64,000 nt of DNA from Planctomycetota bacterium. Lineage in GTDB: Bacteria > Planctomycetota > PLA2 > JAEUHO01. The position numbers and the translations under genes are program-made. Location: NCBI GenBank assembly GCA_965222115.1, contig CBDCTJ010000007.1, positions 2,336,001 through 2,400,000 of the forward strand, read 5' to 3'. Under the pieces are notes generated by a model. It worked only from the letters and a program-made list of their open reading frames with translations. It did not search any database and was not told the origin of the DNA. This document shows positions 48,801-58,300 of this stretch, piece after piece (the first letter of the stretch is position 1; each line of letters starts with the position of its first letter).

Positions 48801-49661
48801 GTGAAGCTTCAAGTAGAGCCTGTTCAATCTGACGTTTCAGGTGATGTGCTGCTTGATGCGACATTGACCAATATAGTGCCCGGGACTGAGGATCTCGTCG
48901 TGCGCTTGCAGCTCGGCGTGACGATTGCGGGGACGATTGTGGACCATGCTGGGAGTCCGCTCACCAATGTTGCGGTTCGTCTTGCGGGCAAGTCGCGCGT
49001 ATGGACAACGAGCAATCGCGCTGGCAAATTCCGGTTGCTCGGCGTTCCGCCGGGGGCGTCTGCATTGTCCGTAGTCAAAGGGGCGGGCAATCGGTTGATA
49101 CCAGACGTTTCGGTGCGTGCGCCGTCAAGCGATGTACGAATTGTTGTTCCGAATCGAGCGCGCATTTCGGGGAGCCTTATGGGCGCAGACGACGGCGGCA
49201 CGTGGTCGCTTCGCGCCTACAACGCAACTGCACATGAAGAGGGCACAATCGGACACACGCCCATCAACGAAGACGGATCATGGACGACCCCGTTGCTCGG
49301 GATGAACACCAAGTGGCTCATTGTTGCGACATCATCGAAGCGTCGGAACGATCGCTATGCCGTTGCGGGTCCAGTTGATGCAGGGGCAACGGGCGTCGTC
49401 CTCACGGTGAAACAGGGCAAGGCCATTCAAGGTCGAGTGGAGATTGCAGGGAAGGGATCGCGTGCGTTCGTTGAGGCCGAAGGGCGCGGGTGGCGTTCAC
49501 ATACATATGCCCGTGCCAACGGAGAATTCACATTATTGGGATTGCCCCCGGGAACCTATGTCGTCAAGGCGCGCGACATGGTTGGCAATTTTCGAGGGCA
49601 GTCGAATGATATCGCCGCGGGCGCTACCGATGTGCTTGTGACTCTACACTCATCAAGGTGA
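45876..49661 (+). CDS. Large membrane-anchored protein with repeated carboxypeptidase-regulatory-like domains
   Basis: N-terminal TM; many G.V.D..G.PV.GA.V...T..DG.F...GL repeats. Confidence 0.85.
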   Translation: MRIAAFTLIALVACGLLAWVLLGDPIAEESHDHAVATKELGTDASQPVLHGQNPHETPNERSKTDHANCKIHVTVRDSDGAPAAGVAVEVRSFIKPSHDASQKDARVQQRDSIESLVRDALSGASKATYVVAAGVSDGDGRITFDVCRGRRVWIQAKPTPPLVSPRRWILWPREQTSSKNVTLVLARGAAIEGQIVSRNGSYAGTRFSVSGKSGWTHQGTCDPETGTFQIAHAPSDSLTFHVTTGEGRNYGGFDFSPPFKGPLRIQLPSGTASLRIVATNEAGSPVANAAVHARVSSGDAANPFHTRLAGLTDDMGVALWKNASAGRLSLVMAACESYVPYVSHMRTGQGATKLTEGQITSVPVTLSQGGSIEGVVTRVSDSAVLSNATILLRSIERKHESPISTRSDEQGRFRFEMVGLGSYILFGQHKHYFDPSVEGLPVVPFSSQRTPAVPSHLVVSLTANDRTVTKNIALKAGATLAGRVLDEHDHPVEGARITIEDVGIPKDVLRSWGGFMTFSPQGQTTSDAEGRFALVGLAPRSNWQLYAVADGYAGTASDPVSLQDGPRDDVILRVVRGAEIHGHVVDGHGKPLVGVRVLLSGNVKLVSGERFAVSGAHGEFSFRGLAPEAYALKVFVNRRLKTWPVDTLSLGEHRSGVKVIIKKAKALTGTLQTTSGDPLANTEVALLFIGTTNTSPFVKGLTDEHGRFRLESDHKGNATLYVLIGGDMKPVGPPVPVPFQDEVFTFDPPKTTRLSGQVKRSDEGGIGSFTLNVREKGGGHPRTYSIDGTEFSVEYTGEAPILIDVLHVKDERGLLTAFLSLDELVEDPTKPIQIALRQGATVSGKALDEQGSGVAGVLVRHGQLSAVSAQDGSWTLTGMPVRSGHTRVSLEVVVPPGFVPVPRFSAKVEDNDVEIRLKQGLMIRGRVVLPKGIATHAINLTASFADGNTGIEKKVSSKASPTGVFEIGGFPAGEHVKLQVEPVQSDVSGDVLLDATLTNIVPGTEDLVVRLQLGVTIAGTIVDHAGSPLTNVAVRLAGKSRVWTTSNRAGKFRLLGVPPGASALSVVKGAGNRLIPDVSVRAPSSDVRIVVPNRARISGSLMGADDGGTWSLRAYNATAHEEGTIGHTPINEDGSWTTPLLGMNTKWLIVATSSKRRNDRYAVAGPVDAGATGVVLTVKQGKAIQGRVEIAGKGSRAFVEAEGRGWRSHTYARANGEFTLLGLPPGTYVVKARDMVGNFRGQSNDIAAGATDVLVTLHSSR

Positions 49662-49674
49662 GCGAATGTATTCG

Positions 49675-51099
49675 TTAGGCGTGCTCTGTGGCCACAGGCT
49701 CCACCACCGACGGTTGATTGGTGAAGGTGAGATAGGCCAGTTTCTCACACTTCTTCATGAGTAGCACGTAGCCTACGACGAGGCTGATGAATGCAGCGGC
49801 GGCATAGCCCAAGCCATATGCCGACGGGCCCGCGTAGATGCCTGCGATCGCGAAACCTGTATTGGCCACAAGGAATGTGACCGTCGTCGCGAGTGCAGTT
49901 CCACGCAAGTCGAGGTAGAGCTGAATCAGAATGGTGATCAGCAAAAGAACATGGAAAAAGGCGCCCACGCAGCAACAGCGAAACGTGGTGACCATGGCGT
50001 CGGGAAGTTTGAGCCACGCGATGATGTTGGGCGCGAAGACTAACGCGAGCAGTGTGATTGCACCCTGAATGCGGAGAATGCGCACGGTGCCATTGCGCAA
50101 GTCGGCCAGCATGGATTCGCGGCGCTCGCGGATAGCGTTGAGCGGGAAGTCTCGCAGGATACTTCCATAAAACGAGCGGTAGTGTTCGTAGAACGACGTT
50201 TCAACCAGGACAAGATTGACTGCCAATGCAGGAATAACTGTCAGGTACGCAAAGAACCGACATGTATCGTAGGTGGGGTGAAAGTGGATCAACGTGTGAA
50301 TCATTTGACCGTCGGAAAACCACACAATGATCTCGTCAATCCAAATGGCAATGTTGTATGTGAGGCCGACCAACGCGAGACGCGGGTATGTCTTGAGGCT
50401 CTTCAGAATGCTCATGTCGGGGCGCCCACCCACTGAGGTTTGGTGAACCACCGCACGGACGAGCAGTACTAGCGTGAGTCCGGCACCCATTGTGTAGCCA
50501 ACCAATAGGCCTGTAGCGCTATCGATGCGGATACTCGTGAGTTTGAAGACATTGAAGCCAAGTACCGCCACGCCAGCGAGCGAAACCACGCACCCCCATG
50601 CAAAGGCCGCCACGATGGCGTTGAAGTCTTTTGTCGCGCTGAGCCAGATGAGGGCCTGCCAGGTGAGACTTGTAATCACATAGAGAAGAATCGTGGCAAT
50701 GGCGAGGTGAACAGGAAGCGCGGCGACGATGCAAAACACCACTCCAATGAGTAGTTGAATGCCCGCAATGGCAATCGCGCCGGTGGAGAAAGCCGGAAGT
50801 AGCCGGTCGTACTCGCGCGCATAGAGCAAATCGGCGGTGCGGCGCGTAAACGACATCTGTGCGAGGCCTACGACGATCAAGCTGAATGCGAAGCAATACG
50901 TCACGAGCGTTCGAAACAACTGAAAGTCGTGTCGGTCAGCGAATAGAGGTGCGAATGCGGTTAGTGCGCTCAATGTGATGATTGTCATTACCCAGGGCCC
51001 GGCGGCAATTAGGCCCGCCGACCCGTATCCACGCACGCGTGACACGAGATCGCCTTCGCTCGTCATCAAGCGGCGCAGTTCAAAGCCAATACCCGCCAT
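49675..51099 (-). CDS. pelG: Pel polysaccharide transporter PelG
   Basis: MAGIGFELRRL, AAGPW, WIDEIIVWF, YD...F.AYL..IP and ET.F...Y..FY motifs; multiple TM segments. Confidence 0.92.
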   Translation of the reverse strand: MAGIGFELRRLMTSEGDLVSRVRGYGSAGLIAAGPWVMTIITLSALTAFAPLFADRHDFQLFRTLVTYCFAFSLIVVGLAQMSFTRRTADLLYAREYDRLLPAFSTGAIAIAGIQLLIGVVFCIVAALPVHLAIATILLYVITSLTWQALIWLSATKDFNAIVAAFAWGCVVSLAGVAVLGFNVFKLTSIRIDSATGLLVGYTMGAGLTLVLLVRAVVHQTSVGGRPDMSILKSLKTYPRLALVGLTYNIAIWIDEIIVWFSDGQMIHTLIHFHPTYDTCRFFAYLTVIPALAVNLVLVETSFYEHYRSFYGSILRDFPLNAIRERRESMLADLRNGTVRILRIQGAITLLALVFAPNIIAWLKLPDAMVTTFRCCCVGAFFHVLLLITILIQLYLDLRGTALATTVTFLVANTGFAIAGIYAGPSAYGLGYAAAAFISLVVGYVLLMKKCEKLAYLTFTNQPSVVEPVATEHA

Positions 51100-51100
51100 G

Positions 51101-52618
51101 CTAGGAGGCCTCCGCAGCGGCAAAGACGTGTCGCTTGTAGATCGATTCGTAGCGCGCGACCATGTCACGCTCGTCGTAACGTTCGCGGACGCGGGCGCTC
51201 ATGCATGCACCCATACGCGCAAGACGCGGCCGGTCTTCCACGAGCGTTTCAATGGCGCCCGCCAAAGCATCGGGCGACGCAATCGGAACAACGAGCCCAC
51301 CCTCGCCGCGCGCCTTTTCTTCCGGCGTGTCTCCCATGAGCAACTCGGAACACGAGCCCACATCGGTTGCCACCGTGGGAATGCCAAATGCCCCAGCTTC
51401 TAGAATCACGAGCGGTTGCGCTTCAGAAATGCTGCTCAGCACGCACAAATCAATCTTTGGATATTCCTCCAATACATTGACGCGCCCCTCGAACACGACG
51501 TGATCGTCAAGTCGCAACATGGTTCGCAGTGACTCGCAATCGGCCACGTATTCGGGATCCTCGTCATAGGGGCCCATGACGCGAAAGGTCACGTTGGGAT
51601 ATCGATCGAGTACGAGGCGCGCCGTGCGAAGCAACGTGCGAATGTCTTTGATGGGGCACACACGGCCCACGAAGCCCACCACGAAGGGATCCGTTGGCTT
51701 CGTCTTGGTGTTCTTTGGCGTTGGTGCAGCACCAAAGCGGCTCAGATCAATCCCGTTTGGCACCACATGGATCTTTTCGGCGGGCGCGCCATCGCGCATC
51801 TGAAGCTCGGCGTTGCCTTGATAGAGTGTATAGATATCGTCCGCCGCGCGGTAGCACTCGCGGCTCATCATCGCGAACTGACGCATCCAGAATCGCTTGA
51901 AGTAGGGGGCCTCTCGAGATGTCACATTCACGCTGGCCGGCCCGTCCGGAATCCACGTTGCGCGCTGAATATCGATGCGACGTTCCTTGGCATAGATACC
52001 GTGCTCGGTGAGCACCATGGGACGACCCGTAGCGGCCACCGCACCCGCGGCAAGCACGCCAGCATAGCCGGTACACACCGTGTGAAACATGCGCGCATCA
52101 GGAAGCGGCGCCGTCAAGACGTTGAGGAAGGGCAGCAGTGCAAATCGCCACGTCCAAAAGAACTGCAAGAGACCCTCGCGCGACGCTTCTTCGCGATAGG
52201 TTTCGAGCATGACGTCCCACCCTTCAGGGGAGTTGAGGAGGGCGAGCTTGAGTTGCTCAATATTCGCTTCTTCATTGACCGCGCGAAAGAAGTTGTCAAA
52301 GGCACCTACGTCGTCGTCGCGCAACTGCGTCATGAGACGCTGAAACGTCTCAATCGTTTCACGCCACTTTCCAGCCGGCACGGAGTACATGTCCGATTCT
52401 GTGGCTGCGTGCTGCAAATAGACTTCACGAACGCCCACTACGTTGTCGGGCAATGTGTAGCGGTGGCCTTTGGGGTAGTAGTCGGGCTTCGGGCTCAAAT
52501 GCACAATCGTAAACGTGAGATCGTTGAGCTTGGTTACGAGGCGATGAACCCATGAGGACACGCCTCCGGTGACAAACGGATAGGTTCCTTCCAAAATCAG
52601 GCAGACGTCGGCACTCAT
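51101..52618 (-). CDS. pelF: GT4 glycosyltransferase PelF
   Basis: DVCLILEGTYPFVTGGVSSWVH, TGYAG, LTEHGIY, GRVCPIKDI and SISEAQPLVILEA motifs. Confidence 0.94.
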   Translation of the reverse strand: MSADVCLILEGTYPFVTGGVSSWVHRLVTKLNDLTFTIVHLSPKPDYYPKGHRYTLPDNVVGVREVYLQHAATESDMYSVPAGKWRETIETFQRLMTQLRDDDVGAFDNFFRAVNEEANIEQLKLALLNSPEGWDVMLETYREEASREGLLQFFWTWRFALLPFLNVLTAPLPDARMFHTVCTGYAGVLAAGAVAATGRPMVLTEHGIYAKERRIDIQRATWIPDGPASVNVTSREAPYFKRFWMRQFAMMSRECYRAADDIYTLYQGNAELQMRDGAPAEKIHVVPNGIDLSRFGAAPTPKNTKTKPTDPFVVGFVGRVCPIKDIRTLLRTARLVLDRYPNVTFRVMGPYDEDPEYVADCESLRTMLRLDDHVVFEGRVNVLEEYPKIDLCVLSSISEAQPLVILEAGAFGIPTVATDVGSCSELLMGDTPEEKARGEGGLVVPIASPDALAGAIETLVEDRPRLARMGACMSARVRERYDERDMVARYESIYKRHVFAAAEAS

Positions 52619-53562
52619 GCAACGCGCTCCCGTTCTGCGGTCGCTGCGAAGGAGAGCCACACGGGAACGTGTGCACCCGCCTCGTTCAGCGAGCGATGAA
52701 TGGCGCGCACACGATCAAAGTCTCGCCTTTCAATGGCTTCCGCGGCATCGCGAATCGATTCGCGAACTTCGTCGGACTCGTGCCCCTTGTTTACGGGGGC
52801 CATGGGCGTTGATGACAAGCCTGCCTGTTGACGCAATGACTCTTCCATGTGCCAGCGCGCGCTACGCGAATCGAGTACGCCCGACGTGGCCAACGAGCGA
52901 TGGGCATCGCTGAGTTCGGCCTGGACTTGTAGGTCGCCGGGCCGTTCGCCCAACGACTGCGTACAGGCGTGGATGCGCGCCAGGTACTGATCTTCGGCTT
53001 GCGTGATCTGTGCGTGGGCGAACAGCGCGACTTCGGCGTCGGGCAACGTCAGACAACGGCGTAGCAACGCCATGTGTTTGGGTTGACCCAGCTTTGCCAG
53101 CTTCCGGAGCGCATTGCGTTTGTGGTCCGGCGTGCCGTGCTCAAGGATGGCCGCGAAACTCTCTGCGTCACACATGGCCGCTAGGTCGCGGTCGGGTTGC
53201 CCCGTGAACAAGCTCCGTCGCGGACGCATGTCGTGGCTCTCAAGGACTTCATCGTGGAACTGTCGAAGCGTGTGTCCCGCTTCGGCGAAGCGCGTGCCGA
53301 GCGAGCGGCGACCCACGAGCGCGAGGAGGGCACCTATGAGCGGGACACTAAACGTCATAAGGCCGTCGATATGCAACTCGACGCTGTGTTGGCGTGCCAC
53401 ACGTAACGAGGGTGGCACCCACAACATGAGTAGTGTCGCTACGCAATGCACCAACAAGGCGGCTATCTGTAGCCACCCACTGCTCGATGTGACCAACGCG
53501 AGCGCGACCAGTTCGAGCACAATGGCAACAAAGCAGTTGCCTACGATCATGGCGCGTGCCAT
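52615..53562 (-). CDS. PelE-like membrane protein (TM + HEAT/TPR)
   Basis: N-terminal TMs and LLRRCL..PD.EV.LFA motif; located between the pelD-like gene and pelF. Confidence 0.65.
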   Translation of the reverse strand: MARAMIVGNCFVAIVLELVALALVTSSSGWLQIAALLVHCVATLLMLWVPPSLRVARQHSVELHIDGLMTFSVPLIGALLALVGRRSLGTRFAEAGHTLRQFHDEVLESHDMRPRRSLFTGQPDRDLAAMCDAESFAAILEHGTPDHKRNALRKLAKLGQPKHMALLRRCLTLPDAEVALFAHAQITQAEDQYLARIHACTQSLGERPGDLQVQAELSDAHRSLATSGVLDSRSARWHMEESLRQQAGLSSTPMAPVNKGHESDEVRESIRDAAEAIERRDFDRVRAIHRSLNEAGAHVPVWLSFAATAERERVA

Positions 53563-55310
53563 CAGCTGAGAATTCCAAGCAGCTTTAAGTGATGATCCGC
53601 GTGAGTGCCTGTCGTGCCCAGTGTGTGGCGCTTGACGTGGAAATCGCCCGGTCTGGCGTCGACCATGGCATCGGTTAGGAATTCAATGCAGCGTGCAACC
53701 GCGGTGTCGGTGCCGTTTGCATCGGTCGCCGGAAGTAGCAATACAAGTGTGTTGGATTCCAGCATGAAGACACCATCCGATGGACGTAAGGAAGCCGCGA
53801 GCGCAGGGAGCGTTTCCGATTGTGTGTCTTCGCTAGCAACGTGCCGTGATTCGATGAGTACGAGTTGGCAAGGGTCGCCTGTAGTCGAGGCCACGCTCGT
53901 TTCCATCGGAATGCGCCGCAGCAGTCCATCCAGATCGCCGACGCGACCGTGGTGCGGAATCGAAACCGGGCATGCGGGATCGAGATTCATCGTCGAGCGC
54001 AAGCGGAATTCGCGATCGAGCTCGTCGAGCATGGCATACGCATCAGGCGTGGTGGGCTCGAGGCGCGTGGCACGTACGGAACACTCAAGTCGCGCATCGG
54101 ACTTCTCAGTCCACGTGCGATTTACCGAGCGCAGCGCCTCATCGCCCTCCGTGAGGACAATCACATAACAGCCCGGATGACCGAATCGATAGAGCGTCTT
54201 GCCATGAAAGTCGGAGGCAAGCAAGTGACGAAGTTCGCGGTCGAGTGCGGTCTGAGCACCCGCGGACCCATGGCGCCACCCGTCGGCATGAATCGCCACA
54301 ACGGCCAGCGAAGTTCCGTACCGTTCCGCTCGGTGCGTTTCAACATGCAAGCGCTCACCAAACTCGTCTTGGGACGCAATCACCAACGGAGGATGGGCAT
54401 CGGTTGCGCTTGACGGGTGGCGAGTCTGGTTGGCGTCCAGTGAAGTTTCGGCCCACTCCGCAATGCCGAAGAATACGGAAGCGGATTCGGGACTGAGTTG
54501 TTGCGTAGGTACTTCATCGACGCAGAGCAAAGCGCCTATGCGTCCTTCGCGCGTGCGCAAGGGCGCAACAAACAAGGGATCGGTGGCGCCAAGAACGCCG
54601 TGCACTTCAAATGCCTTGAGCGGTCGCTCGCGTTTGAGTGCCTGGGCGAGCACCCGGCTTTCGGAGAGCTTCGGGGCGCGCATCTTCAGGTCTTCGTGGG
54701 TCCAGCCATCGTGCTTGGCAACGGTCAAGGTGCCATCGGTTGCTACGTCGATCACCGACGACTTGGTGGCGCCGCAGTGCTTGCGCACAAGACGAAGTAC
54801 GAGCGCAAAGGGATCCTCGACGCCCTCGCGTTCTAATTGGGTCGTGGAATCGAATGCACTGGCGACGTGGACAGGCAGTTCTTCAATGCGCTCCTTGAGT
54901 CGCGCATTGGCCTCTAGCAGTACATCGCGTTCGTAGCCAAGCCGCGCTGCAGTGCGCGAGGCGGTTTGCAGCTTCGTTTCAACGCGCCGAAAGGTGGATG
55001 CGTGGGCATCGTGAATCTCGCCTACCAAGAATGCACCACCAAAGAAGCAGAGCAACGGAAGCGGATCGGACAAGAGTGTCGTGAACGCGAGTGGTGCACT
55101 CATGCCGTCGGCCATCAGGCCCAGGCTTTGGATTGTCAGTCCAATGACGGCGGTCAACATACCCACCACAGTGCCATGGGCGGCGGCCATGCCGAGGATG
55201 ATCAGCCAGTACGGGTGGGGATACACCCCGTAGAGACCCAGCGGCGAGCTTCCAACGGCAAGCTCAATGAGAATTGATACGGTGTAGAGAAACCCAATGT
55301 CGCGCAACAC
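53562..55310 (-). CDS. PelD-like protein (TM + GAF + degenerate GGDEF-like domains)
   Basis: PHPYWLIIL TM region, coiled coil, GAF-like segment and two degenerate GGDEF-type segments. Start moved to GTG 55310 to avoid overlap with the pelB-like gene. Confidence 0.65.
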   Translation of the reverse strand: MLRDIGFLYTVSILIELAVGSSPLGLYGVYPHPYWLIILGMAAAHGTVVGMLTAVIGLTIQSLGLMADGMSAPLAFTTLLSDPLPLLCFFGGAFLVGEIHDAHASTFRRVETKLQTASRTAARLGYERDVLLEANARLKERIEELPVHVASAFDSTTQLEREGVEDPFALVLRLVRKHCGATKSSVIDVATDGTLTVAKHDGWTHEDLKMRAPKLSESRVLAQALKRERPLKAFEVHGVLGATDPLFVAPLRTREGRIGALLCVDEVPTQQLSPESASVFFGIAEWAETSLDANQTRHPSSATDAHPPLVIASQDEFGERLHVETHRAERYGTSLAVVAIHADGWRHGSAGAQTALDRELRHLLASDFHGKTLYRFGHPGCYVIVLTEGDEALRSVNRTWTEKSDARLECSVRATRLEPTTPDAYAMLDELDREFRLRSTMNLDPACPVSIPHHGRVGDLDGLLRRIPMETSVASTTGDPCQLVLIESRHVASEDTQSETLPALAASLRPSDGVFMLESNTLVLLLPATDANGTDTAVARCIEFLTDAMVDARPGDFHVKRHTLGTTGTHADHHLKLLGILS

Positions 55311-55350
55311 AGACAGGGAACTCTGAGATCGGCCGTGCGTGCTGGCGGGG

Positions 55351-58300
55351 TTACCAGAACCAGTCGAAGAAGATTGAGACGTGTCCGAAGTCGCCGTCTT
55401 GGAACTCGCTATTGGAGCCGTAGCCGAACGTCGCCCGGACGCGGGCACACCGGTGGAGTTGCCATTCAAGTCCGCCTTCAAGACCCCAGAGGAGTCCTGC
55501 GGCATGCGGGTCAAACCCTGCGTAGAATTCGGCTGTCGCATCCACCACCTGCGCCAAGCGACGCTTCGCCCGAAGCCCCGCCGTTAGGAAGTCCGTCCGC
55601 TTGCCCAACGGAAGAACTTCGGCTAAGCGCCTATCGTCAAGGTGGCGCGTGGCGCTGTAGTTCAGGCGTACTGAAAGCTCGCAGGGCAGCTCAAATAGCC
55701 GACGACCGGCCTCAACCGACCAACTCGCCCAGCCATCCCACGCCAAACCGTGCCCGGGCACATGTGCACCAAAGCGATCAAACGACGCGGTGGCATGCAG
55801 CCAATAACAAGTGTCAAACTCGCGGTGTACGGTCGCACGAACGCCACGCTTACGTCCGCCCAATGCTGGCGCGGCACCCGTTTCGTCCATGATCGTGTCG
55901 TAGTGGCCCTCAAGTGACAGTGACCAGTACGGTAACGAACCCGTCGTCGTAATCGATGCGCGGACACCGGCATCGGGACCACGGACGCGGTCGTCATAGA
56001 CATCCGCGCCAATCATTGCCCACGTTGTTCCATGGATGCGGTAGTGCAGGTCGGTTTGTAGTTGCCAAAAATCGTCACCGATCTTGTTGCCCGGTGTTCC
56101 GGTTGCGATGCCCTCCGTGCTGGCTTGCGTGCCACTCACAACGGCCCGCAGTCGGTCTATAAGCAACGGCACTGTCGCACTGATCCCCGTATACGAAGTG
56201 CGATCATCCGCGGCGAATCGATGCCGTGAAAATGCGGTTGCTGTTCGCTCCGTATCGAAGAGGTTGGATCGTAGTTGACGCCGCGTTTCATTGCTATCGG
56301 GCGCCAGTGCAAGCTGTCGCGCATACATGCGCGATGCCGCCTGCACCCGTCCGCTGTATTGAAGGGCGGTGGCATATTCGCCCCAGAAATTTGGCGCAGG
56401 CGGGGGCCCCGTTCGAATGACCCGTTTCAGTACCTCTGCGGCGTCGGCCGGACGGTGCTCATGGAGTTTCAAGTTGGCATCTTGCCGAAGGAGTCGGCGG
56501 TTCTCCGGTTCCAACTGCGACGCTTCACGCCAAACGCGGCGCGCCGCGGAAAAGCGTTCATTGCCTATTAGGCCGTCTACGAGATCCAGTGGAATCGCTA
56601 TCTCGTCTGGATGTTTGGCTCGCAACTCGCGAAAGCGACGACACCCTTCGGCTTCGGGACCAAGGCGCATTAGGCAACGGGCAAGAGTCGTCTCTTCGCC
56701 AATCGATCGATCCGAAAGCGCGCGCTGCGCTGCGAGCGCAACGCGAAAGTGCCGCTTCGCCAATGTGCGATGCCTCAGCGACCAGTAGTTTTCGCCAAGC
56801 AGGTAGCGGACTTGACCGCGTGCACGCCTTTCGTCCTCCTTCAATTCATGAGGCGCAATGGCAAGGCGAAGCTTGAGGTAGGGAATCGCCATTCGTGGAC
56901 GCCCCACGACACCGTAGGCTTCTCCCAGTCGGCGTAGTACGAGTCCATCTCTTGGCTGGGTGACGAGCAAGGCCTTGTATATAGGCACAGCTTGGGCAAC
57001 GCGGTCGGCTGTGACGAGGACTTCGGCGTATCGAATGTGGTCCGTTCGTGTGGCATCCGGTTCTTCATAGAGAGTGCGCCATACTCGAACCGCGTCGTCC
57101 ACTCGCTTTGCATCGACCAACGCACCGGCGTACTCACGTCGGTCATCGCGTGTGGCGTCCCGATGGCGAACGAGGCGCTCGTAGACCGCTACCATCTCCT
57201 CGTTTCGTTTTGCAGCAAGCAAGGCCGCCAGCAACCGGCGAAAATCACTGCGCGTGGCATCGGGTCGGCGCGCGCGAGCCTGAAGCAACGCGATCGCTTC
57301 GGGCAAACGCTTCAGTTCTTCAAGCGCGGTGATGTAGCGCGCAATATCCTCTTCGTTGGCATCGGCACGGTGGGCACGAGTTTGCAAGTAGGGTAACGCC
57401 TCGGCGTAGGCTTTGGTGCCTTCCAGCGCGTAGAGGTAACGGTCCAGCGCGTCCTTTTGACTCGGATTGGCACGAAATTGTTTCCGCACCAGCGGCAGCG
57501 CCTCGTGAAAGGACTCGTTGTCGAGGAGCGCTTGGACATAACGTTCTGCGTCTTCGGATGTGTCGCCTGACGCATCAGCTAAGGCGCGCAGCAGCGGAAG
57601 TGCCTCGTCGCCGCGGTCATCTGCGCCATACAGTGACGCCAAGGCTCGCATATTGCTGACATCCTGAGGCGCCACCCGAAATAAGGCCTCGCGTGCTTCA
57701 ATCTTCAGGGCGCTGTCATCCGTCCACGTGGCGCGCTTGACCCAATCGCGAATGGCGTCCTCATCGCCGTTCTCAGCCAAAGCACGCGCGCGCTCCAGCG
57801 CAGCCGCTCGTTTCGGATCCTTGGCGTCAAGGTGAAACAAGCGCTCCTTACGGACCTGTTCACTGTCGGGAAATCGTTTGGCGAGGGCGTCAAACAGGGA
57901 CTCAAGATCGTCGTCTTCCACTATGTCGCGGTGTACGTAGAGCAGATCAATACCTTGTTCCGGCGTGGTCGCTTCATGGGCGAGCAATCGCTCAACGTTT
58001 TGCATAGCCTGTTCGGACGATAGTTTGGCCGCAGACAAGTAATCCGCGAGTCGTAGATAGTCGTCGGCACGCTCGATCGCAGCGTAGGTGTCTCGGTAGA
58101 TTGCGCTTGCCTTCTCTACATCCTGTGATGCAAGGTGAAGATTGGCCAATCGCACTCGCAGGCGTTGCTTCGACGCCCCGTCTTCTACAACTGCCAACTC
58201 CTTGGTGAGCAGCACGCGCAATTTGTCTCGATCGTCGGTCTTTAGGTAGAGGTCCAGCAACTCATCGGCGTAGCGAACGGAATCGCTTCCAGCGAAGGTT

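Noticed and set aside
55311-55541. Extended N-terminus of the PelD-like ORF
   Set aside because: It overlaps the pelB-like 3' end by ~190 nt; GTG 55310 is a more plausible start.
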